From the NCBI GenBank assembly GCA_964252525.1, contig CAXUNZ010000005.1:1-44241 (forward strand): a stretch of 44,241 nucleotides of DNA, given 5' to 3'. A program made the translations under genes and the position numbers. Positions 19,390 through 28,822 of this stretch are shown here, one piece after another. The DNA is from an uncultured Acetobacteraceae bacterium. GTDB taxonomy: Bacteria; Pseudomonadota; Alphaproteobacteria; Acetobacterales; Acetobacteraceae. The stretch's first letter is position 1; each line of letters begins with the position of its first letter. Under the pieces are notes generated by a model, which worked only from the letters and a program-made list of their open reading frames with translations, made no database searches and was not told where the DNA came from.

Positions 19390-20272
19390 GGCGGGGGAAC
19401 TCTACCACATAAACCTCGATGCCGTCGGCGCCGGACATCTCTCCCGCCTCGCCGCGCGGACTGTAAAGACAGGTGAGTTCGGGATAGCTGCGCCCCTGCA
19501 CGTGCAAGCCGGGCGTCAAGGTCCAGGCAATCTGCGGCCGATCGGGCCGTAGCGTATAGGTGCCGCCGTCCGACAACCGCACCATCGAGATGCGAACATC
19601 GCCATTCGGTCCGGGCCAGTCGTAAAACTGGCCGAGGTGTTTTAACTCGACGCCGCGACCGGCCTGGAAATAGGAGAACGCCTTCGGGTGCATCACGATC
19701 GGGGCTTCGTATGCGGCCGGCCCGATCACCAGCCGCTTGCCCGTGAGCATCTGGTAGCGCTCGTCATAAAGCGCGTCGACACTGTCGCGTTCCCGCGTCT
19801 CGCCTGTGACCGGATCGGTTTCGATGAAAATGCCCTTCTCGATCCGTCCCCGTGACTTCAGGCGGTTCATGGCCTCGGCGCGATGCTCTTCCCAGCGTTT
19901 GCCCCTTTGATGCTCGCCATTGAACCCGAACTGAACACCCAGGATGGTGCAGCTTTCCTTGTGCTGCGGCCCGTAATAGGCACCGTGAGGGAAGTAGCCG
20001 ATGTCACCTGCGTCAATCGATTGACCAAGGCCGAGATCGGAGGAACCCCTTTCCGTCATCTTGACCTGTGCGAAGGTGTGATGATGGCGAGGCGTCTGGA
20101 AGGCGTCCTCGCCCACATTGACGTGGTCACTCCTGACAAACCAGAAGTTGAAACCATCGGGCGCATCGTCCTCCAGCAGACGCTTGATGTTCTGCGCGCC
20201 GTCCCGCACCGCCAGACCGCTATTCTGATCCTTGTTCTGAATTTCTTCGGCGATAGAGATGATCATCCGCAT
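19382..20272 (-). CDS. Uncharacterised cupin-like protein (paralogue B)
   Basis: TPRHHHTFAQ and GDIGYFPHGAYYGPQ resemble cupin motifs 1 and 2; AAGGA RBS; close paralogue of 20346-21233. Confidence 0.75.
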   Translation of the reverse strand: MRMIISIAEEIQNKDQNSGLAVRDGAQNIKRLLEDDAPDGFNFWFVRSDHVNVGEDAFQTPRHHHTFAQVKMTERGSSDLGLGQSIDAGDIGYFPHGAYYGPQHKESCTILGVQFGFNGEHQRGKRWEEHRAEAMNRLKSRGRIEKGIFIETDPVTGETRERDSVDALYDERYQMLTGKRLVIGPAAYEAPIVMHPKAFSYFQAGRGVELKHLGQFYDWPGPNGDVRISMVRLSDGGTYTLRPDRPQIAWTLTPGLHVQGRSYPELTCLYSPRGEAGEMSGADGIEVYVVEFPRLD

Positions 20273-20345
20273 TTATCCTTTTATGCACTTGGCAGCCACA
20301 TGGGCTTTCCACGGCCGGGATCGCCAGCCAGTCGCGTCTCACCCG

Positions 20346-21233
20346 CTAATCCAGCCGGGGAAATTCTACGACGTAAACCTCGACGCCATTGGCGCCTGAT
20401 AAATGCCCGGCCTCGCCACGCGGGCTGTAGAGACAGGTGAGCCCGGGATACTCGCGCCCCTCGACCTGCAAACCGGGCGACAGGGTCCACGCGATGTGCG
20501 GACGATCAGACCGCAGCGTATAGTCGCCGCCTTCGGACAAGCGCACCATCGATATGCGCACGTCGCCGTTCGGCCCGGGCTGGTCATAGAACCGCCCGAG
20601 ATGCTTCACCTCTACCCCAGGCCCCGCGCGGAAATAGCTGAATGCCTTTGGGTGCATCACAATCGGTGCATCATACCCACGCGGGCCGAGCACAAGGCTC
20701 TTCCCCGTCAGCATCCTCAAACGTTCGTCATAGAGGGCCTCGACGCTGTCCCGCTCCGTCCGTTTGCCTGTCGCTGGATCGGTCTCGATGAACATGCCGT
20801 CCTCGATCGTCCCTCTAGTTTTCAGGCGCCTCAGCGCCTCCGCCCGGTGGTCCTCCCACGCCTTGCCTCTCTGGTGCTCTCCATTAAAGCCGAACTGAGC
20901 GGTAAAGGTCGTGCACGTATCTTTCGCCTGAGGTCCGTAATAGGCCGCGCGGGGGAAATACCCGATGTCGCCCGCCTCGATATCAACACCTGGAAAAAGG
21001 TTGGACGCGCCTTTTTCGGTGAACTTGATCTGTGCGAACGTATGGTTGTGCCGAGGCGTCTGGTGGGCGCGGTCTCCCGCGTTGGCGTGCTCGCCACGGC
21101 AGAACCAGAAATTGAACCCGTCCGGCGCATCATCATCCAGCAGCCGCTTCAACTTGAACGAGCCAGGCCGCACTGGTTCACCCATCATGGCGCTGTCCTG
21201 TGTTTGAACGTCTTCCGCTACCGCAATCCTCAT
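20346..21233 (-). CDS. Uncharacterised cupin-like protein (paralogue A)
   Basis: TPRHNHTFAQ and GDIGYFPRAAYYGPQ; GGGGAG RBS; shares blocks such as GPNGDVRISMVRLS and EVYVVEFPRLD with paralogue B. Confidence 0.75.
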   Translation of the reverse strand: MRIAVAEDVQTQDSAMMGEPVRPGSFKLKRLLDDDAPDGFNFWFCRGEHANAGDRAHQTPRHNHTFAQIKFTEKGASNLFPGVDIEAGDIGYFPRAAYYGPQAKDTCTTFTAQFGFNGEHQRGKAWEDHRAEALRRLKTRGTIEDGMFIETDPATGKRTERDSVEALYDERLRMLTGKSLVLGPRGYDAPIVMHPKAFSYFRAGPGVEVKHLGRFYDQPGPNGDVRISMVRLSEGGDYTLRSDRPHIAWTLSPGLQVEGREYPGLTCLYSPRGEAGHLSGANGVEVYVVEFPRLD

Positions 21234-21285
21234 GGGCGCTCCCCTGCACAGGAGTTCATTTTCTTATGGACAAAGGCCACGCCCT

Positions 21286-21314
21286 GCGCGCGGCAATTGG
21301 TCAATGCCGCGCGC
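21286..21314. repeat. GC-rich intergenic stem-loop
   Basis: GCGCGCGGCA-N9-TGCCGCGCGC between the IOR gene and cupin A; no clear U-tract. Confidence 0.45.
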
Positions 21315-21390
21315 GAGCTTCACTCGCCCGAGCGTCTATACGATCTGCAAACGCGCCAGACAACGGAAAACACAAGCGTGCATCCACAAT

Positions 21391-24300
21391 TCACGTATGT
21401 AAATCTTCACTAGCCGGGGTAGCATTGCCAGCATCGGGCATCCAAGGTACTACCGGGCCGTCCCTCCTGTCAGCCAGCCCCAGGTACCTAGCCAACGCAC
21501 GCGCTTGCTGTCTGCGTGCGAGCTCTATGCTGGCGTGCTTGACATGTCCGAAGCCCTTTATCGACTGCACGGCGCTTGCGAGTTCTACTGCCGCTGTATG
21601 GCTAGCTGGCGACAATGTCGGCAAAATCTCATCAACGACCAAGCTCACATAATTTTCGATCAGCCGCCGTTCCAACCGGCGCTCCATCGTGTAGCCGAAC
21701 GGGTCCAGGCGCGTCCCGCGCAGGCGCCGAAATTTCGCCAGAGCTACGAAGACCCGCAGCACCCAGGGACCGAATACTACCTTGCGCGGCAAACCACTCA
21801 CCGGATCGCGCCTGGCCAGCAGCGGCGGCGCAAGGTGGAACGCCAGCGTGAACGGGCCGTCGAAGCGTTCGCGCAGCGATGCGAGAAAACCCGTTTCGCT
21901 GTATAGCCGCGCGACTTCGTATTCGTCCTTGTAGGCCATCAGGCGGAACAGCGACTCGGCCACGGCCGAGGTCAGCGCCTCGCCGCGCGTACCAAGGCGG
22001 GCCTCGGCCTGCCGAACCCGCCGCACGATGTCAGCGTAGCGCTGCCCATAGGCGGAATCCTGATAGCCAGTCAGGAACACGATCCGCCTATCTATACGCT
22101 CATCAAGCGTCCATGAAAGGATGTGGTGGGGCAGCCGTTCGCCCCCGGCCGCCGCCATTACAGCCGGCAGGTCAAGGGCTGCTCGACGGCCCCACGTGAA
22201 CGCATCCCGGTTGAGGGCGATGGACACGCCGTTCAGTTCGATGGCCCGCTGCAGCGCCTCAAGCGAGACCGGCAGCAGGCCGCGCTGCCAGGCGAAGCCG
22301 ACCATGAAGAGGTTTGCACCGACCGCATCGCCAACCAGTTTGGTGGCGAGCTGTGTGGCATCGCAAAAATCGATGCATCCAGGCCGGACCGCTGCGGCAA
22401 GCGCCGGCTTCAGGAGCGCATTTGGCACGGCAAAGCCCGGATCGCGCGTGAACAATCCAGTTGCCGTCTCATGGTCGTTGGCAATGATGTGACCCGCCGT
22501 GCGCGAGACGCGGCCAAGATGTTCAGGTGTAGCACCCACGACGAGGTCGCAGGCAAGGAGCAGGTCGGCAGCCTCGGCGCTGATCTTGGCTGCAGCAATT
22601 TCGCCAGGCTCGGCGCCGATTTGGATGTGGCTAACCACCGCCCCGCCTTTTTGCGCAAGCCCCGTCATGTCCATCACGCGGATCGCTTTGCCGTCCATGT
22701 GCGCCGCCATGCCGATGATCGCGCCGATGGTCACAACCCCTGTGCCGCCTATGCCGGCGACGATAAGCGAGAAGATGCCCTCGGGCGCCGCAGCCCGGGG
22801 TTCGGGCAATGCTGCCCTTGAATCGGCGGCACGCACGGCCTTGCGCGGTGTGCCATTCAGGACGGTGACGAAGCTGGGGCAAAACCCATTGATGCAGGAG
22901 CGGTCCTTATTGCACGTCGAGAGATCGACGGCGCGCTTGCGGCCGAACTCCGTCTCGACCGGCACCACAGCCAGGCAATTGGACTGTCGCGAACAATCGC
23001 CGCAGCCCTCGCAGACAAGATCGTTGATAACGATGGCCAGCTTCGGATCGGCGGCCTCACCGCGCTTGCGCAGGCGGCGAAGTTCGGTAGCACAGGCCTG
23101 GTCGAAGATGAGGACGGAAACGCCCTCGACCTCGCGCAACTCCCGCTGCACCTGATCGAGGTCCTCGCGCGCACGCAGCCCAACGCCGGCAGGCAGCTTG
23201 CCCTCGCGGCGGGCAGACATATCGTCGGTCACAACAACCACCCGCGCCACGCCCTCGGCCATGACCTGCGCCACGAGGCGTTCGAGCGAAAGCTCGCCAT
23301 CCAGGGCTTGGCCGCCAGTCATGGCAACCGCACCATTGAACAGGATCTTATAGGTGACGTTCACCTTCGCTGCGATCGCCGCACGGATTGCCAATGACCC
23401 GGAATGAAAATAGGTGCCGTCGCCGATGTTCTGGAACATATGCCGGGTCGTGGAGAACGGCGCCAGCCCAAGCCAGTTGGCGCCCTCACCTCCCATCTGC
23501 GTGAAACCGCCAGTCTGGCGTTCCATCGGCAGCACCAGGTAATGGCAACCGATTCCCGCAAAGGCGTGGCTGCCTTCAGGCACCTTCGTCGAGCCGTTAT
23601 GCGGACAGCCGGGGCAGAAATGCGGCGGCCTGACCGCATGTGACTGGAGTTGCGCCATGCGCTCCACGCGCCCTTGCATCACCGCGAGCCTCGCCCGCAC
23701 CGCCTCGCTGCCGGTCGTCTCGACGATGCGCCTGCCAAGCTCCACGGCGATGGTGTTCGCCCCAAGATCACCATTGGAGGGAAACAACCAGCCGCCGGCC
23801 GCATCGCGCTTGCCGAGCACCGTCGGCGGATCCTGGGTGCCATAGAGATGCGCGCGAAGCTGGTCCTCGACCAGCCCGCGCTTCTCCTCAACAACGACGA
23901 TTTCGCGCAACCCCCGCGCAAATTCGCGCAAGCCTTGCGGTTCGAGCGGCCACGGCATGGCGACCTTATAGAGGCTGATGCCAAGCGCGGCCGCCTGCGC
24001 CGCATCGATGCCCAGATCGGCGAGCGCTTGCAACGTGTCGGGATGGGCCTTGCCGACCGTGACGATGCCGAGGCGAGCGCCCACCTCGCCAAGAACGATA
24101 TGATCGAGCCGGTTCGCCCGGGCGAAGGCCAGCGCCGCCGGCAGCTTGAAGCGATGGAGCCGTTCCTCCTGCGCAAGCGGCGTGTCGGGCCAGCGCAACC
24201 ATAAGCCGTCAGCCGGCAGAGGATCGTAATCCGGCGCGGCAAGGTCGATTATCGGATCGGCGAAGATGCTCTCGCCGCTATCCATGATTTCCGTCACGAC

Positions 24301-24897
24301 CTTAAGCCCGACCCACAGCCCCGCGTAGCGCGACATTTCCCACCCAATCAGGCCGAACTGCATCTGCTCGGCAATCGATGCGGGTGCCAGCACCGGGATC
24401 ATGGCATCGGCCAACGCGTATTCGGATTGATGCGCCGTGGTCGATGACTTGCATGTGTGGTCATCGCCGGCGATCACCAGCACGCCGCCCTGGCGCGCCG
24501 TGCCGGCCAGGTTGCCATGCTTGAAAGCGTCCCCGCTACGATCGACGCCGGGACCCTTACCGTACCACGCCGCCGACACGCCATCGTAATGGCCAGCGCC
24601 GAAGGTGCCGAGCTGCTGCGTGCCCCAAACGGCGGTGGCTGCAAGGTCCTCGTTAATCGCCGGCCTGGCTATGATGTCCCCACCCAGGAATTTCGCCGCG
24701 CGCTCCATCGTCTGGTCCAGCCCACCAAGCGGCGAACCGCGATACCCTGTCACATAGACGGCCGTGTGGCATCCTTGCGCCGTCCTGCGCCGCTTCTCCA
24801 ACTGCATCATGCGGACGAGCGACTGGGTCCCGTTCAGGTAATAGGGCCTCCCCTCAAACAAGTAACGATCGTTCAGGGTCGCCTCGAGATGCTGCAT
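21391..24897 (-). CDS. Indolepyruvate:ferredoxin oxidoreductase family protein (fused alpha-beta type)
   Basis: GYRGSPLGG, NEDLAATAVWG, WYGKGPGVDRSGD, FCPGCPH, GIGCH, GDGTYFHSG, CEGCGDC...SNC, CNKD.SC..GFCP, GIGGTGV, GLAQKGG, LMAYKDEYEVARL. Start moved to MQHLEATL at 24897. Confidence 0.95.
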   Translation of the reverse strand: MQHLEATLNDRYLFEGRPYYLNGTQSLVRMMQLEKRRRTAQGCHTAVYVTGYRGSPLGGLDQTMERAAKFLGGDIIARPAINEDLAATAVWGTQQLGTFGAGHYDGVSAAWYGKGPGVDRSGDAFKHGNLAGTARQGGVLVIAGDDHTCKSSTTAHQSEYALADAMIPVLAPASIAEQMQFGLIGWEMSRYAGLWVGLKVVTEIMDSGESIFADPIIDLAAPDYDPLPADGLWLRWPDTPLAQEERLHRFKLPAALAFARANRLDHIVLGEVGARLGIVTVGKAHPDTLQALADLGIDAAQAAALGISLYKVAMPWPLEPQGLREFARGLREIVVVEEKRGLVEDQLRAHLYGTQDPPTVLGKRDAAGGWLFPSNGDLGANTIAVELGRRIVETTGSEAVRARLAVMQGRVERMAQLQSHAVRPPHFCPGCPHNGSTKVPEGSHAFAGIGCHYLVLPMERQTGGFTQMGGEGANWLGLAPFSTTRHMFQNIGDGTYFHSGSLAIRAAIAAKVNVTYKILFNGAVAMTGGQALDGELSLERLVAQVMAEGVARVVVVTDDMSARREGKLPAGVGLRAREDLDQVQRELREVEGVSVLIFDQACATELRRLRKRGEAADPKLAIVINDLVCEGCGDCSRQSNCLAVVPVETEFGRKRAVDLSTCNKDRSCINGFCPSFVTVLNGTPRKAVRAADSRAALPEPRAAAPEGIFSLIVAGIGGTGVVTIGAIIGMAAHMDGKAIRVMDMTGLAQKGGAVVSHIQIGAEPGEIAAAKISAEAADLLLACDLVVGATPEHLGRVSRTAGHIIANDHETATGLFTRDPGFAVPNALLKPALAAAVRPGCIDFCDATQLATKLVGDAVGANLFMVGFAWQRGLLPVSLEALQRAIELNGVSIALNRDAFTWGRRAALDLPAVMAAAGGERLPHHILSWTLDERIDRRIVFLTGYQDSAYGQRYADIVRRVRQAEARLGTRGEALTSAVAESLFRLMAYKDEYEVARLYSETGFLASLRERFDGPFTLAFHLAPPLLARRDPVSGLPRKVVFGPWVLRVFVALAKFRRLRGTRLDPFGYTMERRLERRLIENYVSLVVDEILPTLSPASHTAAVELASAVQSIKGFGHVKHASIELARRQQARALARYLGLADRRDGPVVPWMPDAGNATPASEDLHT

Positions 24898-24910
24898 TGG
24901 CCGGCGCGCC

Positions 24911-25945
24911 TCAGGCGAGGCCGCTGGCGGCGACAGCTTCGCACAAGCCGTGTTCGGGCGCGCTGGCGGCGGAAAGGGCGTCAAGATGCCGTTCGTCGAG
25001 GACCAGGCCGACCGCGCCCAGGATTTCATCCAATTCCGGCACGCTGTTCACGGCCGCGATGGGTGCGGTAATGCCGGGCTGGGCCATCACCCAGGCGAGC
25101 GCCACCTGGGCGGGCAGCGCGCGGAGTTCATCGGCGACCTCTTCCAACGCCGCGAGGATGCGCAAGCCCCGTTTGCTCGCGTAGGCTTTCAGCCTGGCCT
25201 CCCAGGGGCTGGCCCGATAATCCTCGCCGGTCCGGTACTTGCCCGTGAGGAAACCCCTTGCCAGCGAGGCGTAACAAATCACCCCTACATCGTTTTCAAG
25301 GCTGACGTCGCGCAACGCGCCTTCGAATGCATCCCGGTCACAGAGGTTATAGAGCGGCTGCAGGCTCTGGTAGCGGGGCAACATCTGCCGATCACTGACA
25401 TGCAGTGCGTCGGCAAGAGCCGTGGCGTCGTAATTTGACGCACCAATGACGCGCACCTTGCCGGATCCAATCAGGCGGCCATAAGCCTCGAGCGTGTGTT
25501 CCACAGGCGTATCGGGGTCGTTCATGTGCGACTGATAGAGGTCGATGTAATCGGTCTGCAGACGCCGCAATGAGTGTTCGACGGCCTGCACGATGTGGCC
25601 AGGCGAAAGGTCGCCGCCCCAGCCCCGGCCGACACCGCCCCGGTCATGCGCACGCGGCCGCGCACCCACCTTGGTTGCAAGCACGATCCGATCACGGCAG
25701 CCGCGCGCCTTCAACCATGCGCCGATGACCGTCTCGGACTCCCCGCCGACATGGCCCGCGATCCAACTCGAATAATTATCGGACGTATCGACCGCGTTCA
25801 ATCCCGCATCCAGGAACGCATCGAGGATCCGAAATGACGTGTGCTGGTCTGCTGTCCAGCCGAACACGTTGCCGCCAAGCACCAGCGGCGCAATGCGCAA
25901 CTCCGAGCGGCCGATCCTTCGCCGTTCCATCTGCGGGGACTTCAC
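24911..25945 (-). CDS. Aldo/keto reductase (paralogue 2)
   Basis: RRIGRS..LVLGGNVFGW, VDTSDNY, ATKVG, SLRRLQTDYIDLYQSH, IGASN; GTGA overlap with the upstream isochorismatase. Confidence 0.93.
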   Translation of the reverse strand: MKSPQMERRRIGRSELRIAPLVLGGNVFGWTADQHTSFRILDAFLDAGLNAVDTSDNYSSWIAGHVGGESETVIGAWLKARGCRDRIVLATKVGARPRAHDRGGVGRGWGGDLSPGHIVQAVEHSLRRLQTDYIDLYQSHMNDPDTPVEHTLEAYGRLIGSGKVRVIGASNYDATALADALHVSDRQMLPRYQSLQPLYNLCDRDAFEGALRDVSLENDVGVICYASLARGFLTGKYRTGEDYRASPWEARLKAYASKRGLRILAALEEVADELRALPAQVALAWVMAQPGITAPIAAVNSVPELDEILGAVGLVLDERHLDALSAASAPEHGLCEAVAASGLA

Positions 25946-26514
25946 CCACCCGATCCCGCAAGGAGGCCAATGATCTCGCGCGTCATGCCGGTTTCGCCGA
26001 GCCTGGGAAATATGCGCGTGGCGCTGTTGACGTGCGCCTCAGCACTCACATCCGACATGGCATCGAGCGCCAAGGTGACGTTGAGGCCGCAGGAATAGGC
26101 CTCGCGCGCGGTCGATTCGACACCGATGCTGGTGGCGCAGCCCGCAACCACGACCTGCGTCACGCCACGTTCCCTGAGCAGCTTCTCCAGGCCAGTGCCC
26201 GAAAAAGCGCCCCAGTTCCTCTTTTCAATGACGAGGTCTCCTGGCCGGGGGGCCAAATCGTCGATAAAATCCGCATCGCTGGCAGAGCGCTGCGCGCTTG
26301 CCGCGCTGCGCACCTGTTCGGTGCGGCCTGCCGGCCTGCCCACGACCTTGACAAGCACCACCAGATGCCCGTGGTGGCGGAACGCATCGGCCAGCGCGCC
26401 GGTATTTCTGACCACCTCATCCATCGGATGTGGTTCGCGCGGCGTGGCCAAGCTGGCGTTCTGCAGGTCGATGACGATCAGCGCGGTTCGCGGGTCCAAT
26501 TTAGTGACGGGCAT
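25942..26514 (-). CDS. Isochorismatase-family hydrolase, YecD-like (paralogue 2)
   Basis: ALIVIDLQ, EKRNWGAFSGT.L, GCATSIGVESTAR, DAMSD, IFPRLGE. Confidence 0.9.
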   Translation of the reverse strand: MPVTKLDPRTALIVIDLQNASLATPREPHPMDEVVRNTGALADAFRHHGHLVVLVKVVGRPAGRTEQVRSAASAQRSASDADFIDDLAPRPGDLVIEKRNWGAFSGTGLEKLLRERGVTQVVVAGCATSIGVESTAREAYSCGLNVTLALDAMSDVSAEAHVNSATRIFPRLGETGMTREIIGLLAGSGG

Positions 26515-26568
26515 CTCATCGCTCCAGGCGCCTTGATGGACATGTTTTCCGCAAGCCTGCGCGGCCTT

Positions 26569-26608
26569 TCACGTCGGCACGGAGGTTCGGGCCGCCGTGC
26601 CGGCGTGA
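26569..26608. repeat. Intergenic stem-loop (14-bp stem)
   Basis: TCACGTCGGCACGG-N12-CCGTGCCGGCGTGA between cupin C and isochorismatase 2. Confidence 0.5.
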
Positions 26609-26642
26609 TCCCAGTGTCCGCTTCTGGCGAACCGCAGCCGCT

Positions 26643-27542
26643 CTACTCGGCCGCCTGCATGATTGAAACCGGCCGTTGCATCAAGTCCATGCTCGGCAAG
26701 CCGAGAAGCAGGATGTCGGACACCTCGTCGGCGGTGAAAATCCCCTGCTCCCCGTCTTCGAGATACAATGTGGTGTATTGCCGGAACGGCTCGTTCTCCA
26801 CCGACCCGTTACCGGAAAGAACGATATAGACGCCTCGCCCCTTAGCGCTAAACGTCGAGTTCGGATCAAGTTTGAAGCGGGCAGCGCGGAATTGGCAGCT
26901 TGTGAATGTTCCCAACGCCTTCTCGTACACACCAGCCGTCCCTGCCACCGGCATCCAAGGGTAAGCGTTCGTATCGATGAGGATCGGATCGGCATATTGC
27001 GGCTTGGGATAGTCCAAGGGCCGCTTGCGGACATGCTCCCACTGCACCTCGTAGGCATCCTGGATCTTCTCTCCGTCACCGCCGGCAGTGCGGCGGAACA
27101 TCCCGTCTTCGAACACGCCGATGTTCAAAGCCTTGATCTCCGCGTGCGCCTGGACGATCTGGTCGCGGCTGACATAGCCCGACCCGCTCGGGCCGCCGAA
27201 TTGCGCGATGATTACGGTGCCCACGACGTTCTCCTGCGGGCCGTAATAAGCGCCCTCCGGAAAATAGCCCAGCATGCCGGCGGTTAGCTTGCCCGTCGTG
27301 AAATCGGCGCAGCCCTCGATCATATAGCGCCACTGGTCGAAATTGTGGTGATGGCGCGGCGTCGAGAACTCGCCTTCCTCAACGCTGCTAATACCGACAT
27401 AGAAATTGTCCGACCTGTTCGGATCCCGGCCCAGAACCTTGTCGTTCAAGAGGACGCGGGATTTATGTCCTGAACCGCCGCGGCCTGCCCGTTTGTCGCT
27501 CCTGTTTTCGAAGCTCGGATCGCTACCTTGCATGACCTTCAT
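26643..27542 (-). CDS. Uncharacterised cupin-like protein (paralogue C, more distant)
   Basis: TPRHHHNFDQWRY, GMLGYFPEGAYYGPQ, QFGG.SG, G.FEDG.F, Y..PI; GGGAGG RBS; same motif order as paralogues A and B. Confidence 0.75.
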   Translation of the reverse strand: MKVMQGSDPSFENRSDKRAGRGGSGHKSRVLLNDKVLGRDPNRSDNFYVGISSVEEGEFSTPRHHHNFDQWRYMIEGCADFTTGKLTAGMLGYFPEGAYYGPQENVVGTVIIAQFGGPSGSGYVSRDQIVQAHAEIKALNIGVFEDGMFRRTAGGDGEKIQDAYEVQWEHVRKRPLDYPKPQYADPILIDTNAYPWMPVAGTAGVYEKALGTFTSCQFRAARFKLDPNSTFSAKGRGVYIVLSGNGSVENEPFRQYTTLYLEDGEQGIFTADEVSDILLLGLPSMDLMQRPVSIMQAAE

Positions 27543-27590
27543 ATTTGACCTCCCTTTCTGACATTCCAGAGAAACTCAATACCAAACTAA

Positions 27591-27626
27591 AGAGGGGCCT
27601 GGGGGCAGGCACTGCTCCGCCAGTCG
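27591..27626. repeat. REP-like hairpin unit
   Basis: AGAGGGGCCTGGGGGCAGGCACTGCTCCGCCAGTC matches the reverse complement of 8914-8940. Confidence 0.55.
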
Positions 27627-27732
27627 TTCTATCAAGCGTCAAGATTTCTACGGGTTGGTATAAGAGCGACCCCCGGATCGTAGTCCGATCGCCCAAGCAG
27701 CACAACATTTTCTTTCAGTGTGCACCGGCGTT

Positions 27733-28305
27733 TCATGTTGATGCAAAAGTCTCGTGCAGCAACGCCACGATCTGCGCGGTGGTGCCCGTTTCCCCCAGGC
27801 GAGGAAAGATCCGCATTATGCTGTGGCTATGGTTCTCCGACGTCCCGTCGGTCATCGCATCTGTGGCCAAAGTCACGTTGAAACCGGCTTCGTAGGCCTG
27901 CCTGGCACTCGATTCGACGCCGTTGCTTGTGGAAATGCCGGCAAAAACGACCTGGGTGATCTGTTTCGACCTGAGATAGTCTTCGAGCCCGGTGTTCGAA
28001 AAAGCGCCTCGCGCCCGCTTGGTCACCCTGTAATCGTGCGGGTGCTCGCCCAAGCCGGGGAGCAGCTCCATCGCATCGGGCGCGAGGGCGGCATTGCCGC
28101 GGGAGGGATGCTCCGTTCGCCCCGGCGAACCGCCTGCGGCGACGACGAACACAACCGCCAAGTCGTGGCGGTGAAATGCGCCGGTCAAGGCATTGACGTG
28201 CGCCACGACCTCGCCCAGCGGATGGACCATAGGGTAGGCCGCAATCCCCTTCTGCATGTCGATGACGACCAGCGCAGTCCTTGGATCGATTACGGTTAGG
28301 GGCAC
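27733..28305 (-). CDS. Isochorismatase-family hydrolase, YecD-like (paralogue 3)
   Basis: ALVVIDMQ, TKRARGAFSNT.L, GISTSNGVESSAR, DAMTD, IFPRLGE; GTG start behind AAGGA. Confidence 0.9.
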   Translation of the reverse strand: MPLTVIDPRTALVVIDMQKGIAAYPMVHPLGEVVAHVNALTGAFHRHDLAVVFVVAAGGSPGRTEHPSRGNAALAPDAMELLPGLGEHPHDYRVTKRARGAFSNTGLEDYLRSKQITQVVFAGISTSNGVESSARQAYEAGFNVTLATDAMTDGTSENHSHSIMRIFPRLGETGTTAQIVALLHETFAST

Positions 28306-28359
28306 GTGAAATCCTTGTCGGGGGCCGGGCGACCTCTTGCCACCGGGCGCGGCTACGGA

Positions 28360-28388
28360 GGCCTACATTTAGAAAGTGAAACTGTCAA
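28360..28388 (-). promoter_or_regulatory. Putative promoter with overlapping palindrome
   Basis: Minus-strand TTGACA + 17 bp + TAGGCC; imperfect palindrome TAGAAAGT-GAA-ACTGTCAA overlaps the -35 and spacer. Confidence 0.45.
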
Positions 28389-28457
28389 GGTCGCCTGTTA
28401 TATTTGTGCCTGCCCCGGCGTTGGATTATGGGCGGCGGTCCCTGAGGATGGCTGGAG

Positions 28458-28778
28458 ATGGTCACGATAACCTACATCGAACATACAGGCACCGAGCATG
28501 TGGTTGACGTCCCGTCCGGTCGTTCGGTGATGCATGCGGCCGTGCTCAACCGCGTGCCCGGAATAGTAGGAAGCTGCCTGGGAGATGGCGCCTGTGCCAC
28601 CTGCCACGTCTATGTCGACGAGCCCTGGCGCGGCAGGTGCGGTGAACGCTCGGCTCAGGAGAAACGAACGTTACGCTTTGCGCGCGAACCCGGCCGAGGC
28701 AGCCGGCTTTCCTGCCAGATCAAGGTTGCTTGCGAGCTGGACGGCCTGGTCGTGAGGCTGCCCTCGCGCCAGTTCTGA
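28458..28778 (+). CDS. 2Fe-2S ferredoxin (putidaredoxin/adrenodoxin type)
   Basis: GRSVM.AAV.N.VPGI.G.CLGDGACATCHVYV...SRLSCQI: C-x5-C-x2-C...C pattern; GGAG RBS. Confidence 0.93.
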   Translation: MVTITYIEHTGTEHVVDVPSGRSVMHAAVLNRVPGIVGSCLGDGACATCHVYVDEPWRGRCGERSAQEKRTLRFAREPGRGSRLSCQIKVACELDGLVVRLPSRQF

Positions 28779-28822
28779 AAAAACCCCACACTCGACACCC
28801 TCAACGGATGGCATCCTCGTTT

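Noticed and set aside
20403-21413. 336-aa plus-strand ORF
   Set aside because: Antisense shadow of cupin A in GC-rich DNA; no motifs.
24898-25029. N-terminal extension of the IOR ORF
   Set aside because: Overlaps the AKR 3' end; family similarity begins near MQHLEATLNDRY (24897).
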